Shown here: positions 12,701-26,405 of the stretch, one piece after another | Layout of the letters: every line of letters begins with the position of its first letter | Numbering within the stretch: position 1 is the stretch's first letter | Source: Octopus vulgaris | Lineage: Eukaryota | DNA length: 64,000 nt | Assembly (NCBI GenBank): GCA_951406725.2 | Contig: OX597825.1 | Location: 36,270,001 to 36,334,000 of the forward strand | Direction of reading: 5' to 3' | The notes under the pieces: model-generated | What the model was told of the DNA's origin: nothing | The model's input: only the letters and a program-made list of their open reading frames with translations | Databases searched by the model: none | Made by a program: the position numbers and the translations under genes

Positions 12701-15700
12701 GGAACCCCTATCTTGCACAGAACATTGACCTCCTGGAATCTGTCCAGAGACGTGCAACCAAACGCATACCCTCCATCAGACACCTACCATATTCTGAGCG
12801 CCTTGTTTCCCTGGGCATGGATTCACTGAAGCTCCGGCGTTTGGCGACGGACTCGGTAAACACCCACAAAGTTATCAACCACCTCACCAACAACAACACT
12901 GAACACCTTTTTGATCTCCATGTGTCTAACACACGTGGACATGCCTACAAAGTCAGAAAACAATACAGCTCCCATGACTTTCGGAAACATTTTTTCACGC
13001 TCAGAGTTGCTGAAGCATGGAATAAACTGCCTGCGTCAGTTGTTGACTGCCATGACACTGCATCTTTTAAGGCCCTCATGCTTTCCGAAATCCGCCGAAA
13101 CTTCACCTGATTATATATACACTTTAGATGAGTTGTAGTGCACCTGAGCACTGTACACAATTATTATTATTATTATTATTATTATAATCGAATATACTTT
13201 TATTCTATATAAATATGAACATTTTTTGTTTTTCTTTTTTTTTGCAGAAAAATATCCTTGAATATTTTGATTTAGGAAAAAAGAAAGATTTTCTGCGTGA
13301 GTGGAATACAAATATTCCTCAAGATATTCGCAGTACTGACATGGTTGCTAAGAAACTGGAATTTACACTATGGATTCATTTTGCTGTTTATCCGATGCGT
13401 CACAAATTACCCACAAAAGTAAGAAGTGCTCCTGAAATCTGTATCATCTTCATCATCATCATCATCATCATCATCATATGTCCACTTTTCCAAGCTAGCA
13501 TGTATCAGATGGAATTTGTTAAGGCAGATTTTCTACAGCTGGGTGCCACTTCTTTTGCCAACCTTTACTAGTTTCCAAGCAAGATAGTGTTTTCCCATGT
13601 ATATAGAAATGTCTTTTTCAAATGACTGGAAACAAACAATCTCACTTAAATGATGATGCTCATTTATGACCATCATGTGTTGTCTAGATTAGGGTTTACA
13701 CATACACACATACATATATATACATACGTATGCATGTATATATATATATATCTATTATATAAAATCCGTTCTGTCTGTCTGCGTGTGTGTCTTCTAGGAT
13801 CTCGGGCATCCTCCATCCGATTGCGCTCAAATTTGATATGTAGATACCGACGGTATCAGGGCATTTATAAGTCTTGAAAAAATTACAAAAATCGATTCCA
13901 GGTGAGAATACGATCGATAAAGCCGTTTTTGTCCTGCTTTTCTTCTGTCAACCTGTACATAACTGCACCTTCCATTTTTGTTGTTTTTGTACTGCTTAAA
14001 GGCACTTTTCTTTCCTGCCAAGCTTACTGTTTAAACCATGTTTGTGTTCTCCCAGTCAACAGCCTTATCATTACTGGTACTTTAAAATCTTCAGCTGCAT
14101 ATTTGTGTGAATAAAATCGTTTTTCTTTGGAATAGAAAAAAAAGTCTATCTATTTCTTCTTTTGCTGGTGTCTCAAATTTAGATTAAATCAGTGTTTCTC
14201 AAAGGCGAGGGTCAGACAAATTGTTTTGAGAAAATTTGGTTTAAATGTTTGACAACTCAGCACCGTCCATTGGACGGAGGGGGTGCGTTTTGCTCATATA
14301 TATATATGTATGTATATACAGGACTGGTTTTAAGCCAGTTAGACAGATTTATTCAAATTGGGTCCTCCACACAGGCTTGAGGAGAGGATGCTAGGATGAA
14401 TTTTTAGTATATCAATGTGACTAATGGTGGAACCTGAAGCCCTCAATGCTTTTTGGCTGGGACTGGCGTACTGCATGAAGCATAAAACATCAGTCTTCAG
14501 CTTTTGTAGAATAGAGGTCCCACTGACAATTCTCTCATTGTTCCCCTGCACTTCCTAGCATTAGCCCTGTGTATATATGTATGTGTGTATATACATGACA
14601 GCTGTCTTCCAAATTACCAAATCCACTGCCAAGGCTTTGGTTGGCCTGGGCCTATAACAGCAAACACTTACCCAAGGTGCCGTACAGTGGGACTTAATCA
14701 AAGACCACATGGTCAGAACGCAAGCTCCTTAACCACTGAGCTACACTTGTTGTTTATATTTTACTCTTCAGTTATAAGAGTGCAGCCATGCTGGAGCACC
14801 ACCTTTAGGAGTTTTGTTAATTATATCAATCCAGTATTTTGACTGAGACTTAGTTTATCAACTTGGTAGGAAGGAAGCCAAACTAGATTTACATACATGT
14901 TGCTGGGATAGATTCGAAAGGCATTTGTTTTCAATGACATCTTCTGCCAATACTTACACATGCACATAAATGTGTGGCATACAGTTGCTATGTATGTGTG
15001 TGTGTAGTATATTGGCTTGGAGTTTTGGTTGGGATCTGTGTGCTCCGAGTTCAAATCTTGCTTTTTGTCACCAGAAAAGAATGGAATGGAACTTTTCAGT
15101 TTTATGCACTCAATGAACTTGTGGTTGTATAAAGAAGTTTGGTTCCTAACCATATGGTATTGGTTTCCATTGCATGGCACCTTGGGCAAGTGTTTTCTAC
15201 TATTAACCAGGGTTAACCAAAACCTCATGAGTGGATTTGATAGATAGGAACTGAAAGAACCCCTTCATGTGTGTGTGTGTGTGTATCTACCAGAGTCTAG
15301 ACATCACACAATGGTTATAAATGTGCATCACCATCAAACGAGCATGCTTTTTGTTCCCAGTCTGTTGCTATACTGAGGTATAACTTGCAAATATTTTAGT
15401 CAAGTCCTTCATTCTTTGTTACTTATTTTATTGATCTCCATTTATTGAATGGTTAAATTTTCCATAACAGAAACTGATGTGACTGGTAAGTGAAGTGTGG
15501 TGCTTGGGTCTTAAATGTTTGTAATCCTCTGATAATGTCAGGAAAATGTCCTGGCTGTTATACTCAGATAATGTTAGGATTGAAACCTTCAACTTTTTGA
15601 CTGGTTGTTCAATACCTTAACCCTTTTCCAACTATATTTCTGTGGAAAAGTGTTTTTTTTTCCAAATAATTTTGAAAATAATGAAGAATTTATTAAGCAA

Positions 15701-17339
15701 GCATTTGAAACATAAAACTTTCCATCAAAATTTCATGTTAATTTAATTAGATCTCTTTAGAACAAGTTTGTATTATAGAACCAAAGGTGGTCTCAGGTAG
15801 GATGGTATCTAGAAGGGTTGAATCAACCTTCCTTTCTCTCTCTAATGACCAAACTATTAAATAATGTGGTTCTAGATACACTGTATGAAAGCAAAAGATA
15901 GGATGGTCACCATTAGAATGTCTTTGACGAAAGATTAGGGCTGACCTTGATCTAAGTAACAACAACAATAGTGAACATACTCTCCTGTACTAACCATATT
16001 CAAGAAACTAATTTTACATTATTCCATATTATTTTCTATTTCAGGATAGTGAACAAGCAATGGCTACTTTCAAGAACTTTCTAGAAACCCAAGGTGCTGA
16101 GCTGAGCCAAACACCAGAGTTCCTTCCATTTTATGCCTTACCTTTTGTTCAGAACCCAACGAGTCATCCTTCCTATAAAGAACTATTCAAGGTAAAGTAA
16201 TTTACCTGCTCTAATTAACCCTTTTGTTACCAACCCGGCTAAAACTGGTTCTGGCACTGAGTACAAATGTCTTGTTTTCATAAGTTTTGAATTAAAATCT
16301 TCCACCAAACCTTAGTCACAGTTTATGTTCTTAACACTAGCTGAATGATAACTATGCTATTTTACTAAATTCTTCGTTATATTTAAAGTAATTGAAAGAA
16401 ACACAGAGCGTCTCGGAATAAATACAGTAATGAAAGGGTTAAATGTGTACAGTACTCAGGTGAGTTATTTTTCTCATGTGAAGGCACATGACCTAGTGGT
16501 TAGGGTATTTGGCTCACAATTGTATGATCATGTGTTCAATTCCTGGTGGTGCTTGTGTCCTTCAACAAAACACTTTATTCTACATTGCTCCAGTCTTCTA
16601 AGCTGGCAAAAATGAGTTATACCTATAATCCAAAGGGCTAGCCTTGTTACATTCTGTGTCACATTGAATCTCCCTGAAAACTACATTAAGGGTACATGTG
16701 TCTGTGGAGTGTTCAACCACTTGCATGTTAATTTCACAAATGAGCTCTTCCATTGATTGGATCAACTGGTGTCCTTGTTGCCATAACCGATGGAGTGCCA
16801 GTCTTTTTCTTTCATTTTTATTTTCCTCATATAGATAATACCTTTCAGACTATTAAATCTCAGGCATGGCTGTGTCATTAAGAAGCTTGTTTTGCAACCA
16901 CATATTTTGGGTTCAGTCCCACTGTGTAGCACCTTGAGCAAGTGCTTTCTATAATCCTAAGTTGACCAATACTTTGTGAGTGAATTTGGTTGACTGCGTA
17001 GCATTTGGTTGACAGAAACTGTGTAGAACGTGGTGGTGTTCTGCGCCGACGTTCTTTGAGGCCCAGAGAAGACAACCGAACCTGAAAGGCGGCGAGCTGG
17101 CAGAAACATAAGCACGCTGGGTGCAATGCTTAGCGGTATTTCATCTGCTGTTACATTCTGAGTTCAAATTCTGCCGAGGTCGACATTGCCTTTCATCCTT
17201 TTGGGGTTGATAAATTAAGTACCAGTTATGCACTGGGGTCAATGTAATTGACTTAATCCCTTTGTCTGTCCTTGTTTGTCCCCTCTATGTTTAGCCCCTT
17301 TTGGGTAATAAAGAAATAAGAAATTGTGTAGAAGCTTAT

Positions 17340-17377
<38 letters not shown>

Positions 17378-20300
17378 TTTGTGTTTATACCCCCACTGTT
17401 TGATAACCAGTGATGGTTTGTTTCTGTCCACATAGCTTAATTGTTTTTGCAAAAGAACCAATAGAATAAGCACCAGACTTAAAACAGGACTGGTTTCAGT
17501 TTGTTTGACTAAACCCTTCAAAGTGGTGCTCCAGCATGGTTGTAGCTCACTGACTGACACAAGTAAAAGATAAGATACATTTTTGGCTATTAATCTCATC
17601 TTTATAATCTAGATTATCAGACATGGCTGTTTGGTTTAAAAGGTTTGTTTTATATTATGTAGTTTCAGGGTCAGTCCCTCTTTGGGTATCACTTTGGATA
17701 CCCAAGGTGCTGTGTAGTGGGACTGAACCTGAAACAGTGTGATCACAAAGTGAACTTCTTAACCACACAGCCATACCTATGCCTATTTGATAATTGATGT
17801 TCTGGATTGGGGTGATTTGGTGCTAAATATCAACAAGGACTGTGTAGTAAGAAGTTTGCTTCCCAACCACATGGTTCCAGGTTCAGTCCTACTGTGTGGC
17901 ACCTTGAGCAAATGTCTTCTATAGTTCTCGGCTGATCAAACTTTTATGAGTGGATTTGGTAGACAGAAACTCAAAGGAGCCTGTTGTGTGTATGTATGTG
18001 TATATATATATATACAGGCGCAGGAGTGGCTGTGTGGTAAGTAGCTTGCTAACCAACCACATGGTTCCGGGTTCAGTCCCACTGCGTGGCATCTTGGGCA
18101 AGTGTCTTCTGCTATAGCCCCGGGCCGACCAATGCCTTGTGAGTGGATTTGGTAGACGGAAACTGAAAGAAGCCTGTCGTATATATGTGTATATATATGT
18201 ATGTGTGTTTGTTTGTGTGTCTGTGTTTGTCCCCCTAGCATTGCTTGACAACCGATGCTGGTGTGTTTATGTCCCCGTTACTTAGCGGTTCGGCAAAAGA
18301 GACCGATAGCATAAGTACTATAAGTCCCGGGGTCGAGTCGCTCGACTAAAGGCGGTGCTCCAGCATGGCCGCAGTCAAAGGACTGAAACAAGTAAAAGAG
18401 AGTAAAGAGTATATGTGTGTGTGTTATATATATATATATATATATATAAAAAAAAAAAAAAAAAAAAAAAAACATATATATATATGAAACACACACACAC
18501 ACACGTGTGTGTGTGTGTTTGTTCCCATCTCCACTGCTTGACAACCAGTGTTGTTGTGTTTACATCCCCATTACTCAGCAGTTCAGCAAAAGAGATCAAT
18601 AGAATAAGTACCAGGCTATAAAAAATGCTGGGGTTGATTCATTCAACTAAAAAATTCTTGAAGGTGCTGCTCCAGCATGGCTGCAGTCTAATGAATGAAA
18701 CAAATAAAAGATATATATACTAGAAGCTAAGCCCGGTTTCACCCGGTTGGTTTGGATGATGTGACTGTAAAACCTGCTCTGTGTAAGCATCCGACTTGTT
18801 TGGGCACACTTCTGTTAAAAAAACCAATTTTAGAGTGACTTTTTTCTGTAAAAATGCTAAAAATAACTGAACAACAAAAAAAAAACATCCAACCAAGATT
18901 CAACCAAATCAAAAAATAAACTCAAATACTAAGCAAACAAACTTGAACCATCTCACTTCCATTGCGCACACACACACAAATGCGCATGCACACACACGTA
19001 TGCACACAAACACGCACACAAACGTGCATGCACACACAAATGCACATGCACACACAAACACACATGGACACACAAACACACATGCGCACATACACACACA
19101 CACAAGCATGCGCTCGCACAAGCACGCATGCACACATACATAAGCACGCATACAGACACACATGCACATGCACACACACACATAAATGCGTGCACACACA
19201 CACATAAACGCGTGCACACACACAAATGCACACACACAAACGCACACATTCACATACCCCACTTTTACATACACACATATATTCACAGGGAGTTGAAATG
19301 CTGTTTGATTTATTTTTCAGCATGCAATTTTCATCATCCCACTACCAAGTATGACATTATCCCTGCCTTCCTTGTTCATCTATCACCCCTTCCTTTCTCA
19401 TTCATAAACACAAGAGTATTATTATAGTAGATTATCTCAGAATAAAGTCTTCAGTGATGTCTCTGTTACCCAACAAGTGATGATGAGCCTTGATTTGGCC
19501 ATTCAACCTGCTAAAAATACCAACCAAATCTCCCTCAAATCATTACCTTACCATCTGAACAAAAGACACATTGGATAAAGCAGTCTGTTAGAAAGGTTCT
19601 GAATGGAATGCCTTTGGTCATAACTCAACCGGATCATAGTTGATTGTTCAGCTGAATAACAACCACCACTGCAGGCCTGGTGCCAGACTTTGGTCTCTGG
19701 GGATGCCTCAGAATATTCTGGTTGGACACAAATTTGTAATAGTGCTAAAGTGGAGTTTCGAAATAAGTGTATCATTGTAAATCTGAGGGTGCACCATTGA
19801 ATAGTGATGGGAAGGTGCTGTTCAGTGCACTCCCTAAGTGACAGGCATGTACCCTATTCAAATGATTTCTTGCTTAGTATTTTTGTATTCAAAAAATGTT
19901 TTTCTCTTCTTCCACAGCCATCATGGGTAGAGGATCTGCGTAACCGTTTCCAACAATTTTGGCTGCTCTCTACAAAAGCTGATCAACCCCAGTTGTTTCA
20001 ACTTTATGTATCTTTTTCTTGATGTCAAATATTTTCTTTTCTACTTTCATTTGTTGAGGTCATTAAAAATTTTACTTGTGTACATCTCAATGTCTCTATT
20101 TTAATAATGGCTTCAAATCTTGTCATAAGACCAGCAGTTTTGGTGGGAGGGGATAAGTCAATTATATCAAGACCAGTGCTTAACTGGTACTAATTTTATT
20201 GACCCTGAATGGATGAAAGGCAAAGTCACCCTCAGCAGAATTTGAACTCAGAATGTAAAGCTTGACAAAATGTTACTAACCATTTTGCCCCGTGAGTTAA

Positions 20301-23300
20301 CAATTCTGCCAGCTTTCCACCTTTGTCTCTACTTCAATAATAAAAGAACTTTGATTTCTTTTCGATAGGTATGGTGTCTCTTGAGTATTTCTTACATGAA
20401 ATTTACATGAGGCCATCATGTTTATAAGATTTATTAGGCAATATAGATTTACTTATAATCTTCTACTTTACAAAATTTACTTGTAATCTTCTTTATAAAA
20501 TTTAGTTGAGAACATCTACTTAATTGTGGATACTCCATTTCTTGTTCAGTCACACTGTATAGCACTTTGTGTTAATGTCTTCTACCTTAACCTTGATTTG
20601 ACTGGACAGAAGCTGTCCTGAATCTCATCTCATATATATATATGTGTGTGTTAGCCTGGTTGGTCATGTGATCACATGATATATGCATGCAAGTGTGTAT
20701 ATACAGGCAGATGATTACATCTCTTTATACCAATGAGTACTTATCCAATCAATAAACTGAAAGTGATAAAATGAGTACTAAATGAAATATCTAGGTGGAT
20801 ATATAATTAACTAAAACTGTGAAGGTGGTACCTTAGTGTGGCTACATTCAAATGACTAAAAGTTTTTTTTAGTTCTTTTATTTGTTTGGTGACCACAGCC
20901 AGATCCATGCAAGATCACTTCCCTCAGTAAAGGAAAGTATCTGCTCCATAAAATACTGTTGTGTATATCTGATTTCTATTATTTAGTTTCCTTATTCACA
21001 CCTTAACTATGTTTAGAGAGGATCACCTGCTCAAACTGAAGGTATGTAGTAATAACTATTTCTCACATTGGCCAAAATGATACATGTTTATTATTGACTG
21101 AATTGATCCTAGTATATTATAGCTATCAATTTTATTCACTTCTTCAAGGGCTGCTAAAATACATACCTGTATATGACAAAATAAATCTCAGTATATCACT
21201 GTTATTTTATTTTATCAAGTACCTGTTTATTTATTATTGTTGTTGTTGTTCATTTCTGTTCATTTCTAAGTCATCCCAGTTCAAGCTTATGATCAAAAGT
21301 ATCTGAGTTAGGGTTGTGTTATACGTGTTTATTCCCAGATCAACCATATTCAAACAGTTTTATGCTCAATGATACTTGAACCAAGATCAACTCTGTTTAT
21401 GCAGACCTATGATCATAGATGTTTAAGCTGTGACTATGTTGCTGATATTTCCTCTCAGGCCACTGGAAAACCATTCCAGCCATGCCGATGATGTTTAGTA
21501 CTCTAGATCAGTGCTCCACAACTTTTTTTCACTTGCAGTACACTTATTTTTTTCAAAATTTGGTGGCACACCTGAACTAAAAGTATAGGGAAAAAAATTT
21601 ATATTCAGGTTACACTGTGGAATACCTAGCATTGTTTCATGGCACACTAGTGTGCCATGATATACTGGTTGCAGAGCACTGCTCTAGATCAGCCCTGTCT
21701 GAGCAGATCTATGATTACGTTGCTAATATTTACTTGAGTCAAATTTGTTGAAGAAGACTTATGATTAAAGATGTACAAGCCATGGCCATCATTCTGTCTA
21801 TGTAGGACTACAACAGTGAGCAAAGCTGAATATCCTTCAGTAAATAATTTCATCTCTCACAAATCTATATTTGAAGTATGGTGTATCAACTTTGTGTGGT
21901 AGGTAAATGTTTCCTAGTGTAAGTGTGTGTGGTGCCTTGTCTTGAGAGTTGCAGAGAGTTACTTTTGTTGTGTATGAAAGGAAAGTACCCAATATTCTGT
22001 ACAGTAGAGAAATGCCCTGTAATGTATAGCATAGAAGTACCCTATATTGTGTGTAGTATGGAAAATACCTTGTATTTTGTGAAGCAGGTAAAGTTCCTTG
22101 TGCTGTAGTAAGGAAAGTATAAATTGCAGGAAATAAACAAGTACTACACACAAAAATAGTTATTGATAAATCTAATGTAAATTATGTTTGAAAGATTGGA
22201 AGTTGAGATTGATAAATAAACCAGGTAAGAGTTATTAATAACCTTAGATAAACTCATGTCCATTTTTCAGAACTTCGTGACCAATTACATGAAGCTAGGG
22301 AAAAGTTAAATCTCAGTAACACAGAATTGCATAGATATATGAAGAACAATGCCAAACTTCAGGTACATTCTTTTATTCATTCATTCTTCTACTCTTTCAG
22401 CATTTTATTCTTTTATTGGTTTTGGTCTTTGATTGAACTGTGGCCATACCTTGGCACTGACTCCAAGAGATTTATGTCAATTATATTGGCTACAGAACTT
22501 TGTCAGGTACTTACTTCAGCAACCTAGGTTGGGTGAAAGACAAAACTGAAATGGCTGTAAAAGGTTGATGGCATTTTTTATTTGATACTCTCATTAATTC
22601 TACAATACTCCAGACAAAAATACACACACAGACACGTAATCATCATCATCATCATCATCATTTAATGTCACTTTTCCATGCTTGCATGGCTTAGAAGAAT
22701 TTGGTGAGGCAGATTTTCTATGGCCAGATGCCCTTCTTGTCACCAAATTCCACCTGTTTCCAAGTAAGGTAATATTCCATGTAAGACTGGAGATGAACAA
22801 CATGCTCATTTACAACCATCACATGATGTCAAGACAAGTGTATGTGTGCATGCACACACACACACACACGCAAACACACACGCAAACACACACACATGAT
22901 GGGTTTCTTTTAGCTTCCATCTCCTAAATCCTTTCATAAGGCTTTGGTCAGCTCAAGGCTATAGTAGAAGACACTTGCATAAGGTGTCAAGGGACTGAAC
23001 CTGAACTTCTTAATCATACAACTATTCCAATACGACATCAATATTTACAGAGCTAACTAATATTCAGACTGAATGCTAGCAAGATGGTTATCTGTTAAGG
23101 AAAGCCTTAATCCTTCCTCCCTACTTAGATCATCAAATCTCCAGTATCCCCTCACCATCCACATGTCTCATACAGATGTCAACTTTATGGATATTGATTC
23201 TGAACAGCAAATGTATTGATTTAAAACCAATTTCAGATTCTGCAAAAGTCACAGGTACTGCTGCACCCTGTTTGACCTAGGAATACAAAATGCCACACTA

Positions 23301-24207
23301 TTTTCTGAAAGAGTAAGAAATATTTCATCAGAGGTGTCCTAAAATTAATTAGTGAATAAGCAATCAGGTAATCAATCAAGCAATCCTTCTAAAAATTAAT
23401 CAACCAATGTTTGACTCAGTTTGTTAATTAATTAATTTAGCTATTCATCAACTTCATCATTTTAATGTCCACTTTTCCATACTTGCATGGGTTAATGGAA
23501 TTTATTATAAGACAGGTTTTCTACAGCTAAATGCCCTTCCTTTTTCCAAGCAAGGATATATTTCCCCATAGTAATACATGTTTTCATAGAATATTGGAAA
23601 TGAACAACACTGCTTGTATGAAAGTGAGTTTCATTTACAACTATCATGCGATGTCATTCAATAAAATATATAAATTGATGAATGAATCTATCAATATATC
23701 CATCAATTAACCAAAAATGATTACTCAATCAATTTAGCTATACAACAATCAATCTATTTAACTAATGGTCAATCAATGATACATTGTTCAGTCAACTTAT
23801 TTAATGATCAGTCACTCCATCAGTCACATATCAGTCAATCATTTTATCTCTTAGTTTTACTGTTTATCTTTCAGTTTGCCTGTTTTTCCTTTTATCTGCC
23901 TGTCTGTCTGTTTTTCTGTTTGTCAATCTGTCTGTCTATATATCAGCAAATTAACCAATCTGCCAATTAATAATTCCCAAAGATTTGTCCATAAGGGGGT
24001 TGGAAATTATAGTAGGTTATACCAGTCCTATTACATAACTGAGACTTCATTAAATAAATATTTTATAATTTCAGGGAGACTATCATGACCTCATTGGAAT
24101 TTCAGCTGATTTGGTTGATGCTCTAGAAGAAACTGCATTAGGAAATACTGTAAGTTTGTAAATCTAGAAAACAAAACATTGTATATTCTGTTATATTATA
24201 CGCTATG

Positions 24208-24282
<75 letters not shown>

Positions 24283-25427
24283 GCTAGATTTAGACCTAAT
24301 GAAGCTCTTGGTCCAATAGGTTGTGGAGGTTCCCTACAATTTTGCTAATTCATTACATTGCGAGGTAAGAGAGCCCCCGAACACTTTGTTGAGGCTCCAA
24401 AATTTTGAACAGCTTTTGTAGATTCAGAAGGACTCAGTTAAATTTAATGCTTTTGGGTTTTTTTTTTAAATCTAAAAGGACTCAATGAATCAAAAGAGGG
24501 TTCAATAATTTTAAAAGAATTAAATTCAAAAAATTAAATTACAAATTATTTTTTGATTGTTATAAATATATTTAAAAAAGTTTTAACTTCAAGCTTTACA
24601 CTGCTCTGAGATAAAGGAGATCCCCCAGTGCTTGGGGTCACCCACACTTAGGGATCCTAGGCCATGGTACATATTGGCCTTTACATAAATCCAACTCTGT
24701 ACATGTGCTGTGCCTAGTAGTACAGTTTTGTGTTTGTATCATTTTTAATCATTTCCTAGGCACCAGTTACAATGTTCTGTATTTCCAGTAACATAGCTTG
24801 GTTTAAGGGGTTGAAGTGGGTAGTCAGCCATGGGTGATGCTTTTATGGGGTTGATATTTAAACCTGCGCGTGGCTTAGTGGTTAGTGTCTGTATAAAACG
24901 GCATATTCCATAGTATGTTTGCTTTGCCATTCTCTAAAACCACTTGTATGTTTTATGCCATCTTCTTTCTGTTGGTATTTCCTAGTGCTGGCCATAATGT
25001 CCAGTGTATATAAGTCCCAGCTTGCTCATGTCTATGAATTTATTCTTTTTGGCTAAGACTGGGCAGCCAGAGACGGGTGAATATTTCTTCTCCATGGCCA
25101 TAGTAAGAATAAGGTATAAATACATGTGCTATGAAGTTGTAGAAGCAGGAACACTTTCTCAATACTTTCCGGTCATTACATCTAGATTTGGTATGACAGT
25201 GCCACCATAATTTCCAACATATATTCACTTATGGTTCTTCTGGGGCCAACTATGAAGTTTATATCTCTTTCAGTCAGTCCATATCAAATGCTGTTTCAAA
25301 ACAGCTGCAATCTAGAGGTAAACATGACCTTCATGGGATGGTAAGTCAGTGGTTCTGGACATGGATAACAGTCAGGTGGTTCTTCTAACTTGTGGCCATG
25401 TACACTCCAATAAGAGCTGGCTGGATT

Positions 25428-25471
<44 letters not shown>

Positions 25472-26358
25472 TCCACATCTAAAGATATTCCAAGGAACAT
25501 CTCACTCATTAGTGATAATTACTTATTGGAATGACGTCTTACTTACATCCAGGTACTGTGTGGCAGTAGTCAGTAGGAGAATGAGGTGTCAGAGACTGAC
25601 AAACCTGCTTAGGCATGTCAAAATGTCTGACATCAATCACCTGGATTTCTCTAAAGTACCTGTGTAGATGTAGACAAACTGAACCAGGTAATTCAGATTG
25701 TGTTTAACGTTTCTATAAAGTCCACTGACATACTTATTGTAAGTTGTCCATTGTCTCAGGTATTTGGCTGCATAGACACAAATTCATGATTTAGTCCAAA
25801 ACATAAGGGGATTATCATCATCATCATTATCATCAGCATCATTATCATCTCCATCATTATCATCACCATCATTATCATCATCATCATTATTGAATGATAG
25901 AGCAGTGCAAGCCATCAAAGTGATGCTGGGGTAAAAGTATACGAAGCCCAATTTACCCATCATGACTACCCATCTGATAAGAGTCCACCAGGCACGTGCA
26001 TCACAATCATATGTATGCAACATGGTGATCTCATTTCAATTTAAACAACACTTGAACTTTTCAGGTGGGGCCTAGTTTGAATTTTCTTCAAGTTAAGTAC
26101 CCTACCCTGCTCAGAAGATCCCTGAATAAGGGTTACTCTTCTACTCTTTTACTCTTTTACTTGTTTCAGTCATGTGACTATGGCCATGCTGGAGCACCAC
26201 CTTTTAGACGAGCAAATCGACCCCAGGACTTATTCTTTGTAAGCCTAGTACTTATTCTATTGGTCTCTTTTGCCAAACTGCTAAGTTACGGGGATGTAAA
26301 CACACCAGCATTGTTGTCAAGTGATGTTGGGGGGACAAACACAAACTCACAAACACAT

Positions 26359-26405
<47 letters not shown>

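Noticed and set aside
18017-18090. tRNA gene (A and B boxes present)
   Set aside because: It continues into the SINE core and tail and is multicopy and degenerate, so it is a tRNA-derived SINE head.
18909-19427. Several His/Thr- or Cys/Val-rich ORFs
   Set aside because: Degenerate CA repeat inside a non-autonomous Helitron.
24760-25760. Possible nested antisense gene
   Set aside because: Stops in all frames and no consistent splice sites. It is probably ancient TE debris that I cannot classify.
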